Of a DNA stretch of 24,000 bases, positions 1 to 7,760 are shown piece after piece. Numbering within the stretch: position 1 is the first letter of the stretch; each line of letters begins with the position of its first letter. The notes under the pieces are model-generated. The model was given only the letters and a program-made list of their open reading frames with translations, did not search any database and had not been told where the DNA came from. The stretch is from an uncultured Psychrobacter sp. (GTDB taxonomy: Bacteria > Pseudomonadota > Gammaproteobacteria > Pseudomonadales > Moraxellaceae), in NCBI GenBank assembly GCA_963515535.1, contig CAUPWW010000005.1, positions 180,804 to 204,803 on the forward strand. Direction: 5' to 3'. The position numbers and the translations under genes are program-made.

Positions 1-1
1 T

Positions 2-814
2 GTTGTCCGTGATGGTGAGTTTGTCAGCGTGTCCTACAAAATCATGGACGGTGACACTATCGCAAAGGTCAAAGCTGGCAAAGCCGAAGTATCAATGGGC
101 TATATGGCTGAGATTGACTTCCAAGATGGTGTTACGCCTGACGGTGAGCCATACCAAGCCATACAAAAGAATATACGAATTAATCACCTTGCGATTGTCG
201 ATAGAGGTCGCGCAGGTCCTGAGTGTCGCATTAGCGATTCAAACTGGGGAACGTCCCCAATAACCAAAGTCTTAGGAGATAATCAAGTGACTTTAAAAAC
301 ATTAATTGTGGACGGCTTAACAGTTGAAACCACTGAACAAGGGCTTGCCGCAGTCAATAAGATTGCTGATGCCAAAAACGAAGCAGTTAAAGCGCTTAAT
401 GATGCAAAGGTCGCACACGATGCTGCTATTGCTACTAAAGACGCTGAGCTTGCCAAAAAGGACGCCGAGATTGACGCCCTGAAAGCCGCTAAGCTGTCGG
501 ACGCTGAGATTGACGCAAAGGTACAGGCTCGCAGTGATTTGCTAACCAAAGCTAAGTCAGTAGCAGATACGGATTTTACTGGTTTGTCAGACGCAGACAT
601 CAAAAAAGCCGCCGTCGTTGCAAAACTGGGTGATGCTGCTATCGAGGGTAAAACCGAAGCCTACATTGATGCTCGCTTTGATATTTTGGTCGAATCAGCG
701 GATAAGGCAGACCCGTTTGCTAAAGCTATGAGTGATAAGCAGACCACCGTTACTGATAACGGTCAAGCCGAGTACGAAGAAAACCTACGCAACGCATGGA
801 AAAAAGGAGCTTAA
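2..814 (+). CDS. Prohead protease/scaffold-like protein (DUF2213-type), 5'-truncated at window edge
   Basis: The frame is open from nt 2, so the track's GTG at 29 is internal. Motif RINHLAIVDRGRAGP is followed by an Ala/Lys/Asp-rich coiled-coil tail. It lies directly upstream of the cement and major capsid genes. Confidence 0.6.
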   Translation, partial: VVRDGEFVSVSYKIMDGDTIAKVKAGKAEVSMGYMAEIDFQDGVTPDGEPYQAIQKNIRINHLAIVDRGRAGPECRISDSNWGTSPITKVLGDNQVTLKTLIVDGLTVETTEQGLAAVNKIADAKNEAVKALNDAKVAHDAAIATKDAELAKKDAEIDALKAAKLSDAEIDAKVQARSDLLTKAKSVADTDFTGLSDADIKKAAVVAKLGDAAIEGKTEAYIDARFDILVESADKADPFAKAMSDKQTTVTDNGQAEYEENLRNAWKKGA

Positions 815-818
815 CATC

Positions 819-1244
819 ATGGCTTATAAAGCTGAACAAGACGCTGGCATCGCTGGCGCAATCGTAAACACCGAAAACAAAAACATCATTAGCCGTACTG
901 TCGAAGATGCTGCTGGTATCGCGTTTGGTCTAGCAGTCGCTCAAGGTACTAATGATAAAGGTATTCGAGCTGTGACTACTGGCGATACTGGTTTTGTCGG
1001 TATTACTGTCTTAGACCGTACCGCAGGTGATTTGATTAACGGTAAATTTGTGCAATACGAATCGGCTCGCGTCTTAGAAGAAGGCGTGATTTGGGTTGAA
1101 GTGACCGCCGCTGTAAAAGCAGGTGATGCCGCCGCCGTTGACCTAGCAACTGGCAAATTCAACAAAGCTGGTGCTGCAATGGCAGGCGCACGTTTTGAAA
1201 CTTCTGCTGCAAGCGGTGGTCTTGCTCAACTACGATTAAAATAA
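819..1244 (+). CDS. Capsid cement/decoration protein (Gp24-like)
   Basis: ATG at 819 lies 9 nt after AAGGAG (804-809). The product is a 141-aa Gly/Ala-rich beta-type protein. Its position between the DUF2213-type and DUF2184-type genes is the usual trio order. Confidence 0.5.
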   Translation: MAYKAEQDAGIAGAIVNTENKNIISRTVEDAAGIAFGLAVAQGTNDKGIRAVTTGDTGFVGITVLDRTAGDLINGKFVQYESARVLEEGVIWVEVTAAVKAGDAAAVDLATGKFNKAGAAMAGARFETSAASGGLAQLRLK

Positions 1245-1253
1245 GGACGAAAC

Positions 1254-2174
1254 ATGAAACAGTATGATGCAGTATCAATGCTTGCGTTTGTTGAAAATCA
1301 GCGCAACTACATTGAGCAAGAAGTAAACCGTACGGTATTCCCAGAGGTGCAGTATCCGCTATTACTGCCAGTAGATACCAGTGCGCCCGAGTGGACGAAA
1401 ACAATCACTTTCCGTAGTGCTGAATCTTACGGCCAAGCGGATTGGATTAACGGCAATGCTGATGATATTCCACTAGCAGGCAACACTTACGGCCAATCAC
1501 AATCAACTGTGCAAATGGCGGGTATCGGTTACGGTTACGGCTATGAAGAACTGCAAGCGAGCATGGCTTATGGCACCAATCTAGCCAATGATGACGCTAT
1601 TGCAGCGCGTGAGACTTATGAGCGCTTTGTTGATAAGGTGGCAATGGTTGGTGATGCGTCTAAAGGTATGCAGGGTTTGATTAATACCGCAGGTGTGACT
1701 ACTGAAGCGGCAACCGCTGTTTGGACAACTGCCACCGAAGACCAAATCCTAAAAGACGTAAACAAGATGCTGGGCGGCACTGCTACAGCAACGGGCTATA
1801 CTGTACCTGCTGACACGCTGCTATTGCCGTTTGCAACTTACACGTACTTAGCAAGCACACCGCTAGCTAACAAGTCAGGTGGTACGCTGCTTAGCTTTAT
1901 CCAGCAGTACAACACTTACACAGCTATGACTGGTCAACCGCTAACTATTCGCGCCATTAACCGCCTAACCGGTGCGGCCACTGGTGGTAGTAATGACCGT
2001 GCTGTGGCTTACTCACGCAATCCGCGTGTGGTTAAGATGCACATTCCAATGGCGCATCGTTTCTTGCCAACATTCCAAACTGGCACATTAAACTTTGTTG
2101 TACCAGGTATTTTCCGCTTAGGCGGTGTTGAGATTCGCAATAAAGACGCGGTTCGTTATATGGACGGGGTGTAA
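1254..2174 (+). CDS. Major capsid protein (DUF2184 / HK97-fold family)
   Basis: 306 aa. The sequence (…QMAGIGYGYGYEELQASMAYG…, …RNPRVVKMHIPMAHRF…) matches my recollection of the DUF2184 major capsid family, and its position in the head module fits. Confidence 0.75.
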   Translation: MKQYDAVSMLAFVENQRNYIEQEVNRTVFPEVQYPLLLPVDTSAPEWTKTITFRSAESYGQADWINGNADDIPLAGNTYGQSQSTVQMAGIGYGYGYEELQASMAYGTNLANDDAIAARETYERFVDKVAMVGDASKGMQGLINTAGVTTEAATAVWTTATEDQILKDVNKMLGGTATATGYTVPADTLLLPFATYTYLASTPLANKSGGTLLSFIQQYNTYTAMTGQPLTIRAINRLTGAATGGSNDRAVAYSRNPRVVKMHIPMAHRFLPTFQTGTLNFVVPGIFRLGGVEIRNKDAVRYMDGV

Positions 2175-2175
2175 T

Positions 2176-2487
2176 ATGCAGGTAACTAATAACAGTGCAG
2201 GTCGTTTGGTATTATCAGGCGGCCAAGCGATTGATGCAGGTCAAACGGTCGATGTTAAAGACTTTGACGATAAGCATCATGTGACTAAAGCGTGGCTTGA
2301 TGCTGAATATCTTACTGTAAACGACAGTGAGGATAATCAGCCTAAGCCATTAACCAAAATGAAGGTCGATGAGCTACAAAGCTACATTGCTGAAAACGGC
2401 GGTGAGTTTGCAGAAACAGACAAAAAAGACGACTTGCTGCTAATCGCACAAGCCATTGAAGAACAACTAGCAACTAATCAAGAGTAA
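2176..2487 (+). CDS. Small head-associated protein with a C-terminal HeH/SAP-like motif
   Basis: ATG at 2176 lies 2 nt after the capsid gene stop. The segment LTKMKVDELQSYIAENGGEF…KKDDLLLIAQ resembles helix-extended-helix motifs. Confidence 0.4.
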   Translation: MQVTNNSAGRLVLSGGQAIDAGQTVDVKDFDDKHHVTKAWLDAEYLTVNDSEDNQPKPLTKMKVDELQSYIAENGGEFAETDKKDDLLLIAQAIEEQLATNQE

Positions 2488-2492
2488 TCATC

Positions 2493-2834
2493 ATGGACTT
2501 AGCATCATTTAAAGCGCGTTATCCGTCATTCCTTAATGACAATGAGATTCAAACGGCATTGAGTGATGCTGAGCTATTGATAACGACTTACAATATACCT
2601 GATGACAAGCTAGAGCTTGCCACAGCGTACCTAACGGCTCACTTACTCACACTACTACCTACTAGCGGTGTGACTGAGCCATACGTTACAAAAGTTAAGG
2701 CTGATACTGTAGAGGTACAGTTTGGCGATAAAGTCGCTCATATTAACGACTGGCTAAACTCAACCAGCTACGGGCAGTTATTTGCCTTACTGATTAAGCC
2801 AAAAGTCAATGGCATAGGTATGGTGGTTGTATGA
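2493..2834 (+). CDS. Head-tail adaptor (DUF4054-like)
   Basis: 113 aa. The N-terminal FKARYPSF motif and its position after the capsid gene are typical of DUF4054 connector proteins. Confidence 0.5.
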   Translation: MDLASFKARYPSFLNDNEIQTALSDAELLITTYNIPDDKLELATAYLTAHLLTLLPTSGVTEPYVTKVKADTVEVQFGDKVAHINDWLNSTSYGQLFALLIKPKVNGIGMVVV

Positions 2835-3208
2835 TTAACGCACTTATCAATAAACACCTACCTAAAGCCTTTGACAACCCATTGAAAGATACGGTCACAA
2901 GCTTTACTGCCACGCGAAAAGGTGAGGGCGGAGTTTATGATCCAGTAGAAGATCAGTATGTCGGCTCACCTGATGTCAATTACACAGGTAGAGGCATATT
3001 TGGCAGTTACTCGACGCTTGAAATTCAAGCCACACAGATTGATATAACCGATGTTAAGCTGACCTGCTTACAAATCGAGGTGACGCAACCGCCAAAGGTT
3101 GATGACATTATCACAGCTGATGATCAAGACAGGCGCGTGATGAATGTTAGTCAAGACCCCAGTCGGTCAATTTGGATATTGCAGCTAAGGGGATTGCATG
3201 TGGGATAA
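2831..3208 (+). CDS. Head closure / head-tail joining protein (putative)
   Basis: ATGA start-stop overlap with the upstream gene. 125 aa, located in the neck module. Confidence 0.4.
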   Translation: MINALINKHLPKAFDNPLKDTVTSFTATRKGEGGVYDPVEDQYVGSPDVNYTGRGIFGSYSTLEIQATQIDITDVKLTCLQIEVTQPPKVDDIITADDQDRRVMNVSQDPSRSIWILQLRGLHVG

Positions 3209-3575
3209 ATCACCAGTCCTTTTCGCTGATGTGGTCGAGAAAGCAGCGGTTAAGCGGGTCAAGGATATTGCGACTGATATGCACACTGCGCTAGTGGATA
3301 AGATGCCTATTGATACGACACAAGCGGTATCAAACGTAAATGTGGCGCTAGATGCGCCCAATTGGACGTTTGTTAAAGGTAAGACAATAGGTCGCGCAGG
3401 GGCAATGGCCGAGGGTATGGGTGTTATCAATGCCATGCCTACTGATAAGCTACACTCGGTTTACTTTACCTCGGCAGTGCCATACATGAAATATCTTGAG
3501 GCGGGTTGGAGTTTACAGGCTCCTAACGGCGTTTTTACCGTCGTTTATTATGGCGTAAGCGCATGGTATCGGTGA
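3198..3575 (+). CDS. HK97 gp10-like neck/tail completion protein (putative)
   Basis: RBS AAGGGGA at 3187-3193. It overlaps the previous gene. The MPIDTTQAVSN segment resembles the gp10-family PxDTG motif. Confidence 0.4.
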   Translation: MWDKSPVLFADVVEKAAVKRVKDIATDMHTALVDKMPIDTTQAVSNVNVALDAPNWTFVKGKTIGRAGAMAEGMGVINAMPTDKLHSVYFTSAVPYMKYLEAGWSLQAPNGVFTVVYYGVSAWYR

Positions 3576-3635
3576 TATAATAAACTCAAAACAAGCGGTC
3601 GATAGATTGATTGCAGAAAACAAGGACGGTTGATT

Positions 3636-3836
3636 ATGAGCATCGAAGAACTGCACGCAAGAGAGAAGAAACTAGAGCAAGATTTATGCGCTGCCAATGA
3701 AAGGCTTATTAGCGAGTTTGAGAAAGACACCGGTGTTTACGTTAGTCGTGTCGATGTTGATATAGCGTTAATTGAAACCGTAGGCAAACCTGATAGATAT
3801 ATTATTACTGGCGTTAATATTGACACTAGCATCTAA
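3636..3836 (+). CDS. Hypothetical small protein
   Basis: ATG at 3636 lies 9 nt after AAGGA, while the track's TTG at 3630 is too close to the RBS. 66 aa, followed by a strong terminator. Confidence 0.4.
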   Translation: MSIEELHAREKKLEQDLCAANERLISEFEKDTGVYVSRVDVDIALIETVGKPDRYIITGVNIDTSI

Positions 3837-3851
3837 TAGCTCGCTAAAACC

Positions 3852-3873
3852 AAGCCCTTACGAGGGCTTTTTT
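3852..3873 (+). terminator. Intrinsic terminator
   Basis: Stem aagccct / agggctt with loop tacg, followed by a T-run to 3873. Confidence 0.7.
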
Positions 3874-3897
3874 ATTGCCTAAAATAAGGAGATTGAT

Positions 3898-3987
3898 ATG
3901 AGAATACTATTAACGCTTGCTATATTAGCCGCTGACTTATTCATTGATTATCTTGATAAAAAGAAAAACGAGGCAGACGATGAGTAA
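3898..3987 (+). CDS. 29-aa hydrophobic peptide (MRILLTLAILAADLFIDYLDKKKNEADDE)
   Basis: Not in the ORF track because it is under 60 aa. AAGGAG (3886-3891) lies 6 nt upstream of the ATG. It has one TM-like segment plus a charged tail, and its 3' end overlaps the next gene's ATG at 3980. Confidence 0.4.
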   Translation: MRILLTLAILAADLFIDYLDKKKNEADDE

Positions 3988-4390
3988 GGAATACGTTAGG
4001 CAGCTAGTGACAAGTAGGCTCGCTCAATTCCCTATGTTGGTTGCAGATAGAAAGTCTTACCCTAACCAACCTGATACACCAGTACCATTAAGCGGTCAGT
4101 GGCTCAGATTGCGCGATATTGAGTTCGTACTACATAAGGTAGCCAGTATAGGCTCAGAACCGTGTACGAGGCGCACAGGCGTTATTGTGATTGATGTATT
4201 CGAGCGGTTGGATAGTGGTACAAAGCGCATTACTGAATTGACAGATGCGCTTGAAGAGTGGTTCGGCTTATGGACAGCGCCTAACTTTTGGACTGACCCT
4301 GCTAATACAGTAAATAAGCCCAACGATGGTGATAAAAATGGTTACTATCTATCGACGGTTTATGTGCCGTTTACTTATGATGAAGATTGA
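3980..4390 (+). CDS. Tail terminator protein (DUF4128 / gpU-like, putative)
   Basis: ATG at 3980 (MSKEYVRQLV…). 136 aa, ending in …YYLSTVYVPFTYDED. Its position between the neck genes and the tail tube gene fits this role. Confidence 0.5.
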   Translation: MSKEYVRQLVTSRLAQFPMLVADRKSYPNQPDTPVPLSGQWLRLRDIEFVLHKVASIGSEPCTRRTGVIVIDVFERLDSGTKRITELTDALEEWFGLWTAPNFWTDPANTVNKPNDGDKNGYYLSTVYVPFTYDED

Positions 4391-4395
4391 TTAAG

Positions 4396-4404
4396 TGGTA
4401 TAAT
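4396..4404 (+). promoter_or_regulatory. Extended -10 promoter element (TGgTATAAT) for the moron at 4433
   Basis: An exact TGnTATAAT lies in the intergenic gap 29 nt upstream of the ATG at 4433. There is no good -35 element. Confidence 0.35.
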
Positions 4405-4432
4405 AACTCTATTAAAACAGGGAGTTATTGCC

Positions 4433-4711
4433 ATGTATAAAGCCAAGAAGAAAGTAGATTTGTCGCACTTGTTCAAGCTAAAGATTCGTAAGCGACCGCC
4501 TGTTGTGATGGTGAGGCGTAACAATAACGAAGCTTGGCAGACACTCGATGGTGTAACTGGTTTTACCGAGCCAACGTTAAAAAGGCGTCAACACGAATGG
4601 CTCTCCGCACCAGAAGATATGCCGTACTTGAGAGCGTTCTTTGATAACAAGAGCATCAATGAGATAAAAGCGATGTATCGACAAGAGCCTAAACTAGATA
4701 TAAGCGAGTGA
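4433..4711 (+). CDS. Hypothetical basic protein (moron)
   Basis: RBS AGGGAG at 4419-4424. 92 aa. It is bracketed by a promoter-like element and tandem terminators. Confidence 0.5.
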   Translation: MYKAKKKVDLSHLFKLKIRKRPPVVMVRRNNNEAWQTLDGVTGFTEPTLKRRQHEWLSAPEDMPYLRAFFDNKSINEIKAMYRQEPKLDISE

Positions 4712-4713
4712 TT

Positions 4714-4821
4714 ATGAGTTATATACTCCCCTCGGTTATTTCACTATCTGCTCTAGTATGTGGGCTATGGTGTATCGTCGGCATGGTGTTAGACTTCCAT
4801 CAAGCGGATAAACGACGCTAA
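4714..4821 (+). CDS. 35-aa membrane peptide (MSYILPSVISLSALVCGLWCIVGMVLDFHQADKRR)
   Basis: Not in the ORF track. The ATG lies 3 nt after the upstream stop. It has a single hydrophobic helix followed by a basic tail. Confidence 0.35.
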   Translation: MSYILPSVISLSALVCGLWCIVGMVLDFHQADKRR

Positions 4822-4842
4822 TTAAATTATACAAACAAACAC

Positions 4843-4868
4843 GGCTCACCTTATGGTGGGCTTTTTTT
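4843..4868 (+). terminator. Intrinsic terminator (first of a tandem pair)
   Basis: Stem ggctcacc / ggtgggct (with G-U pairs), loop ttat, then T7. Confidence 0.65.
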
Positions 4869-4878
4869 ATACCAGTTT

Positions 4879-4922
4879 GCTGCTGTGGTTATTTCACCGT
4901 TCCTGCAGCAGCTCTTTTTTTT
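4879..4922 (+). terminator. Intrinsic terminator (second of a tandem pair)
   Basis: Stem gctgctg / cagcagc with a long loop, followed by tcTTTTTTTT. Confidence 0.5.
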
Positions 4923-4957
4923 AAGTCAGAACGGTGAGCAAAGAAACGGTGAAAACA

Positions 4958-5458
4958 ATGAATGATTTAGTGATTATTGAAGAAAACACAGCTTGCACAA
5001 ACAGCCTTGCTATTGCAGAAGGTTTGGGAGTTCAGCACGCCAGTGTCATGAAGATGATTAAAAAATACCAAGCTGATTTTGAAGAAGAAAACTTGGTCAG
5101 ATTTGAAATCCAAGCAAGACCATTAGGACAGCACGGCGGCGGTGTTAGTGAAGTTGCCGTATTAGACGAATATCAGGCAACATTGCTGCTCACATATATG
5201 AGAAACACCGCTAAGGTGCGCTTATTCAAACAGGCTTTGGTTAAAGCGTTTCTGCGAGCACGTGACCTACTGATGACTGGTCAAATGGGCTTGATGCAAA
5301 AACATGCAATCTTGACGCTGGCGCTTGGCGATGAAAAAGAAGTTGCAAGTAGCTGCGGTAAAGGCTTGGCGGACTGGAAGCGAAAACGAGACGGCCTACA
5401 AGCAGCTATAGCAGACGTTGAAAGACAAATGCAACCACAGCTAACCAATTTTGAATAA
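4958..5458 (+). CDS. Rha-family phage regulatory protein (paralogue 1)
   Basis: The N-terminal segment LVIIEENTACTNSLAIAEGLGVQHASVMKMIKKY… fits the Rha (Phage_pRha) pattern. ATG at 4958 is preferred over the track's GTG at 4934. Confidence 0.65.
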   Translation: MNDLVIIEENTACTNSLAIAEGLGVQHASVMKMIKKYQADFEEENLVRFEIQARPLGQHGGGVSEVAVLDEYQATLLLTYMRNTAKVRLFKQALVKAFLRARDLLMTGQMGLMQKHAILTLALGDEKEVASSCGKGLADWKRKRDGLQAAIADVERQMQPQLTNFE

Positions 5459-5484
5459 GCCTCTATTGATTTAGGGGCTTTTTT
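5457..5484 (+). terminator. Intrinsic terminator
   Basis: Stem aagcctct / aggggctt (one G-U pair), 8-nt loop, then a T-run. Confidence 0.55.
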
Positions 5485-5503
5485 ATACCTAACGAAAACC
5501 TAT

Positions 5504-5527
5504 GCCCACTTAATTGTGGGCTTTTTT
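5504..5527 (+). terminator. Intrinsic terminator
   Basis: Perfect stem gcccac / gtgggc, loop ttaatt, then T6. It ends 17 nt upstream of the tail tube gene ATG. Confidence 0.7.
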
Positions 5528-5543
5528 ACATCCGGAGAAAGTT

Positions 5544-6473
5544 ATGGCTCGTGGAAATAAGGCTGTATTAAGTTATAGCAAACAAGACGATGTTTCAGTA
5601 GTCCCCCTTACAGGTTGGAAAATCCTACCTCGTGTGTCGGACAGTCTGAACAACACAGTTGAGCTAACCGATAGCGAAACCATCAACGATAGTCGCTTGA
5701 AAACAGCAGGTATGGTTACGTCTGCCAATGCTGAGGGCGATATTGAAGTAGAAATGATTAAGGGTGCTTATGACGACCTAATCGCAGCAGCAGCAGGTAA
5801 TGAGTGGACTACAGCAACCAAAACAAAGACGGTAGTCTTTGGCGGCGATGTTGTGACTAAGTTTGCTATCGAGAAAAACCATAAGGATATTGCACAGTAT
5901 CACTACTGGTCAGGTATGCGAGTTAATAGTTTCTCGTTAGATATTCCTGAAAGCGGCTTTATCGGCATGACGTTTGGCTTTATGGGTGGTGGTTATGCTG
6001 CATCATTAGCAGCCAGTGCAGTAACGCCAACAGCAGCTGTAACGTCACCTAAAGCAACCTCATTAAGCGTTAGCGACATTAAAATTGATGGCGTTACAAC
6101 TAAGGGCGTGTCATGTGTTACCGCATTTAGCTTTGAGCTAAACAACAACATTGAACGTCAAAACTGTTTAGGCGCAGGTCTATACGGCTCTAATTTCCTA
6201 GAAATGATGGCTGATATGACGGGCAGCTTAACGCTAGCCTATAGTAAAAACACGCAATCAATGCTGGATAAGCAACTGACTGGTGCGCCGGTTAAGATTG
6301 AAGTTACCGTTAAATTCCCTGATGGCGATACCTACGTGCTGACTATTCCTAAGGCGCAAATCTCAGGTGACGTACCATCTGGCGGAAACGAGATATTACA
6401 AGCTCAATTAACCTATACGGTTTATGCAGACGCACCTGCTGACGCGCCGACACTTAAACTGATTACCGCATAA
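5544..6473 (+). CDS. Major tail tube protein
   Basis: ATG at 5544 follows GGAGAAAG. 309 aa. The sequence (…RVSDSLNNTVELTDSETINDSRLKTAG…GDIEVEM…) resembles the Phage_tube_2 family, and it lies directly upstream of the chaperone pair. Confidence 0.7.
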   Translation: MARGNKAVLSYSKQDDVSVVPLTGWKILPRVSDSLNNTVELTDSETINDSRLKTAGMVTSANAEGDIEVEMIKGAYDDLIAAAAGNEWTTATKTKTVVFGGDVVTKFAIEKNHKDIAQYHYWSGMRVNSFSLDIPESGFIGMTFGFMGGGYAASLAASAVTPTAAVTSPKATSLSVSDIKIDGVTTKGVSCVTAFSFELNNNIERQNCLGAGLYGSNFLEMMADMTGSLTLAYSKNTQSMLDKQLTGAPVKIEVTVKFPDGDTYVLTIPKAQISGDVPSGGNEILQAQLTYTVYADAPADAPTLKLITA

Positions 6474-6484
6474 GGATTATAAAG

Positions 6485-6961
6485 ATGGCTATTCAGCTAA
6501 AAGATTTAAAGCCTAAAAACCTCGCAGCCGTTGAGCGTGAGATTGACTACAAGGGGCTTGTTAAGCTAACCATGCGTGTTGGTCAAGATAAAGCCTTTGC
6601 CGCCGCTATGGGGCAGATTCAAGAGAATGGCGCCAATAAAAAGGTAACTAAGGATTCGTTAGCCAAAGCAAACTTCGATGCCGATGTATTGTCAACAGGT
6701 GAGGCGATGCTTTACTTGGTTGGTGAGTACCTAATCACAGAATGGGACGTTGAAACAGCAGACGGCGAAATTGCGCCTATCAACGGCGATAACTTTACAG
6801 CCTTATGCGCGTCTATCGGTGACGATGCCGAAAACCTTGCATTTGCTACCCACGTCTTTGAGCAGTTCCAAGAAATGAGCGCCGAGTTTGCAGAGCAGGC
6901 GGCAGCTACTAAAAAAAAGCCGTTGAAGTCTACCGCTACCAAAAAGAGTACGCAGGCTTAA
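6485..6961 (+). CDS. Tail assembly chaperone (gpG analogue)
   Basis: 158 aa and acidic. It lies between the tube gene and the T-like ORF and contains the slippery site near its 3' end. Confidence 0.7.
   Translation: MAIQLKDLKPKNLAAVEREIDYKGLVKLTMRVGQDKAFAAAMGQIQENGANKKVTKDSLAKANFDADVLSTGEAMLYLVGEYLITEWDVETADGEIAPINGDNFTALCASIGDDAENLAFATHVFEQFQEMSAEFAEQAAATKKKPLKSTATKKSTQA
6913..6919 (+). promoter_or_regulatory. -1 programmed ribosomal frameshift site A_AAA_AAG
   Basis: The zero-frame codons are act aaa aaa aag. A -1 slip continues from 6919 as gcc gtt gaa gtc…, with no stop codon, into the 6979 ORF frame. Confidence 0.7.
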
Positions 6962-7251
6962 CAGACTTTGATATTGAGGTGATGGCGCATTTAGGGCTTG
7001 ATGTGCCAGAACCGCCGAGTTTTGATGCTAGCATTCAGGACGTTATACAGACGTTCTATTTGGTCGATAGAGGACGCAATTATACAGAGGGACAACCACT
7101 GCCGATAAGCGTAAAGAACATCACAGACGTTGTTAGTGTGCATCCTATTGATGTGCCTCGCAGTGTGTTAGATAGTATTATTTTTGAGCTTGATAACTTG
7201 GTATTAAATGAAGTAGCAGAGAATAATAAGAAGGCTGCGGATAAGGCTTGA
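6919..7251 (+). CDS. T-like extension of the chaperone (expressed as a GT fusion of ~255 aa via -1 frameshift)
   Basis: The -1 frame is open from 6919 through the track ORF 6979..7251. No convincing independent RBS precedes 6979. Confidence 0.6.
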   Translation, partial: AVEVYRYQKEYAGLTDFDIEVMAHLGLDVPEPPSFDASIQDVIQTFYLVDRGRNYTEGQPLPISVKNITDVVSVHPIDVPRSVLDSIIFELDNLVLNEVAENNKKAADKA

Positions 7252-7372
7252 CCCTCAAAACAGGGGTGAAGGGTCACCGATTCGATGACCGTTGCGGTCT
7301 GCATATTTGTAGAGTGATGTGCGAATATGCACATCGGTAGCCGACGCAAAATTGCGTTGGCTTTAAAATCAA

Positions 7373-7582
7373 CTACTTGCCTTGCTCGAGTATCGCGATA
7401 TAGATTTTATCTAGCTTACGATGAATATCGCTATCAGTCACATGGTCGGTATTGTTTAATGATTCATCAAGGCGGTGGATAAGCTCAGCGTTTGCTGAAC
7501 GGTTGTTGTCCGCGGCTGACTGGTCTAGTCGCTCTTTTAGCTCAGCAGGTATCCTATAGGTTACAGGTACGTTTTTAGACAC
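7373..7582 (-). CDS. Arc/Mnt-family ribbon-helix-helix repressor
   Basis: VTYRIPAELKERLDQSAADNNRSANAELIHRLDESL aligns with the P22 Mnt/Arc core (FNFRMPMEVREKL…ANGRSMNSELLQIV). GTG start with AGGA 6 nt upstream. Confidence 0.75.
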   Translation of the reverse strand: MSKNVPVTYRIPAELKERLDQSAADNNRSANAELIHRLDESLNNTDHVTDSDIHRKLDKIYIAILEQGK

Positions 7583-7616
7583 GTTAAATCCTAGTTGGGT
7601 GGTTAATGATGGTTAA

Positions 7617-7645
7617 ATAATATCTTAATTGTTTGCACATTGCAA
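7617..7645 (-). promoter_or_regulatory. Candidate sigma70 promoter for the RHH gene (TTGCAA-17-TATTAT on the minus strand)
   Basis: -35 element at 7640-7645 and -10 element at 7617-7622, read on the minus strand. Confidence 0.45.
7633..7645. promoter_or_regulatory. 13-bp palindrome TTGCAcatTGCAA, candidate operator
   Basis: A perfect 5-bp inverted repeat with a 3-bp spacer covers the -35 elements of both divergent promoters. Confidence 0.4.
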
Positions 7646-7662
7646 TCATAACATGATATTAT
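7633..7662 (+). promoter_or_regulatory. Candidate promoter for Rha paralogue 2 (TTGCAC-18-TGaTATTAT)
   Basis: -35 element at 7633-7638 and -10 element at 7657-7662, with a TG extension at 7654-7655. Confidence 0.45.
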
Positions 7663-7690
7663 AACCATGTGCTTGAGAAAACTTAGGCAC

Positions 7691-7733
7691 AAAAAAGCCC
7701 CATACATTACTTTCGACGGATATGTATGAGGCT
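7691..7733 (-). terminator. Minus-strand intrinsic terminator inside the rha2 5' leader
   Basis: The minus strand reads gcctcatacat-(14 nt)-atgtatggggc-TTTTTT. The stem is 11 bp with one G-U pair. Confidence 0.5.
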
Positions 7734-7760
7734 GTTAACCCTAAACGAGAGGTATTAACA
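7691..7760 (-). ncRNA. Candidate ~70-nt cis-antisense RNA (sar-like) covering the rha2 RBS and start codon
   Basis: A minus-strand promoter TCGACA(7790-7795)-17-TATACT(7767-7772) predicts a start near 7760, and the terminator ends at 7691. The transcript would be complementary to GAGAGG…ATG of rha2. Confidence 0.35.

Noticed and set aside
3-603. Track ORFs 3..263 (+) and 283..603 (-) at the window start
   Set aside because: Both overlap the DUF2213-type frame, which has clear family motifs. They are alternative-frame or antisense artefacts.
7340-7364. Hairpin gccgacgca-aaat-tgcgttggc between the convergent T-like and RHH genes, considered as a bidirectional terminator
   Set aside because: Only TTT follows on the + strand and there is no U-tract on the minus strand. 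The structure is real but terminator function is not supported well enough to list as a feature.
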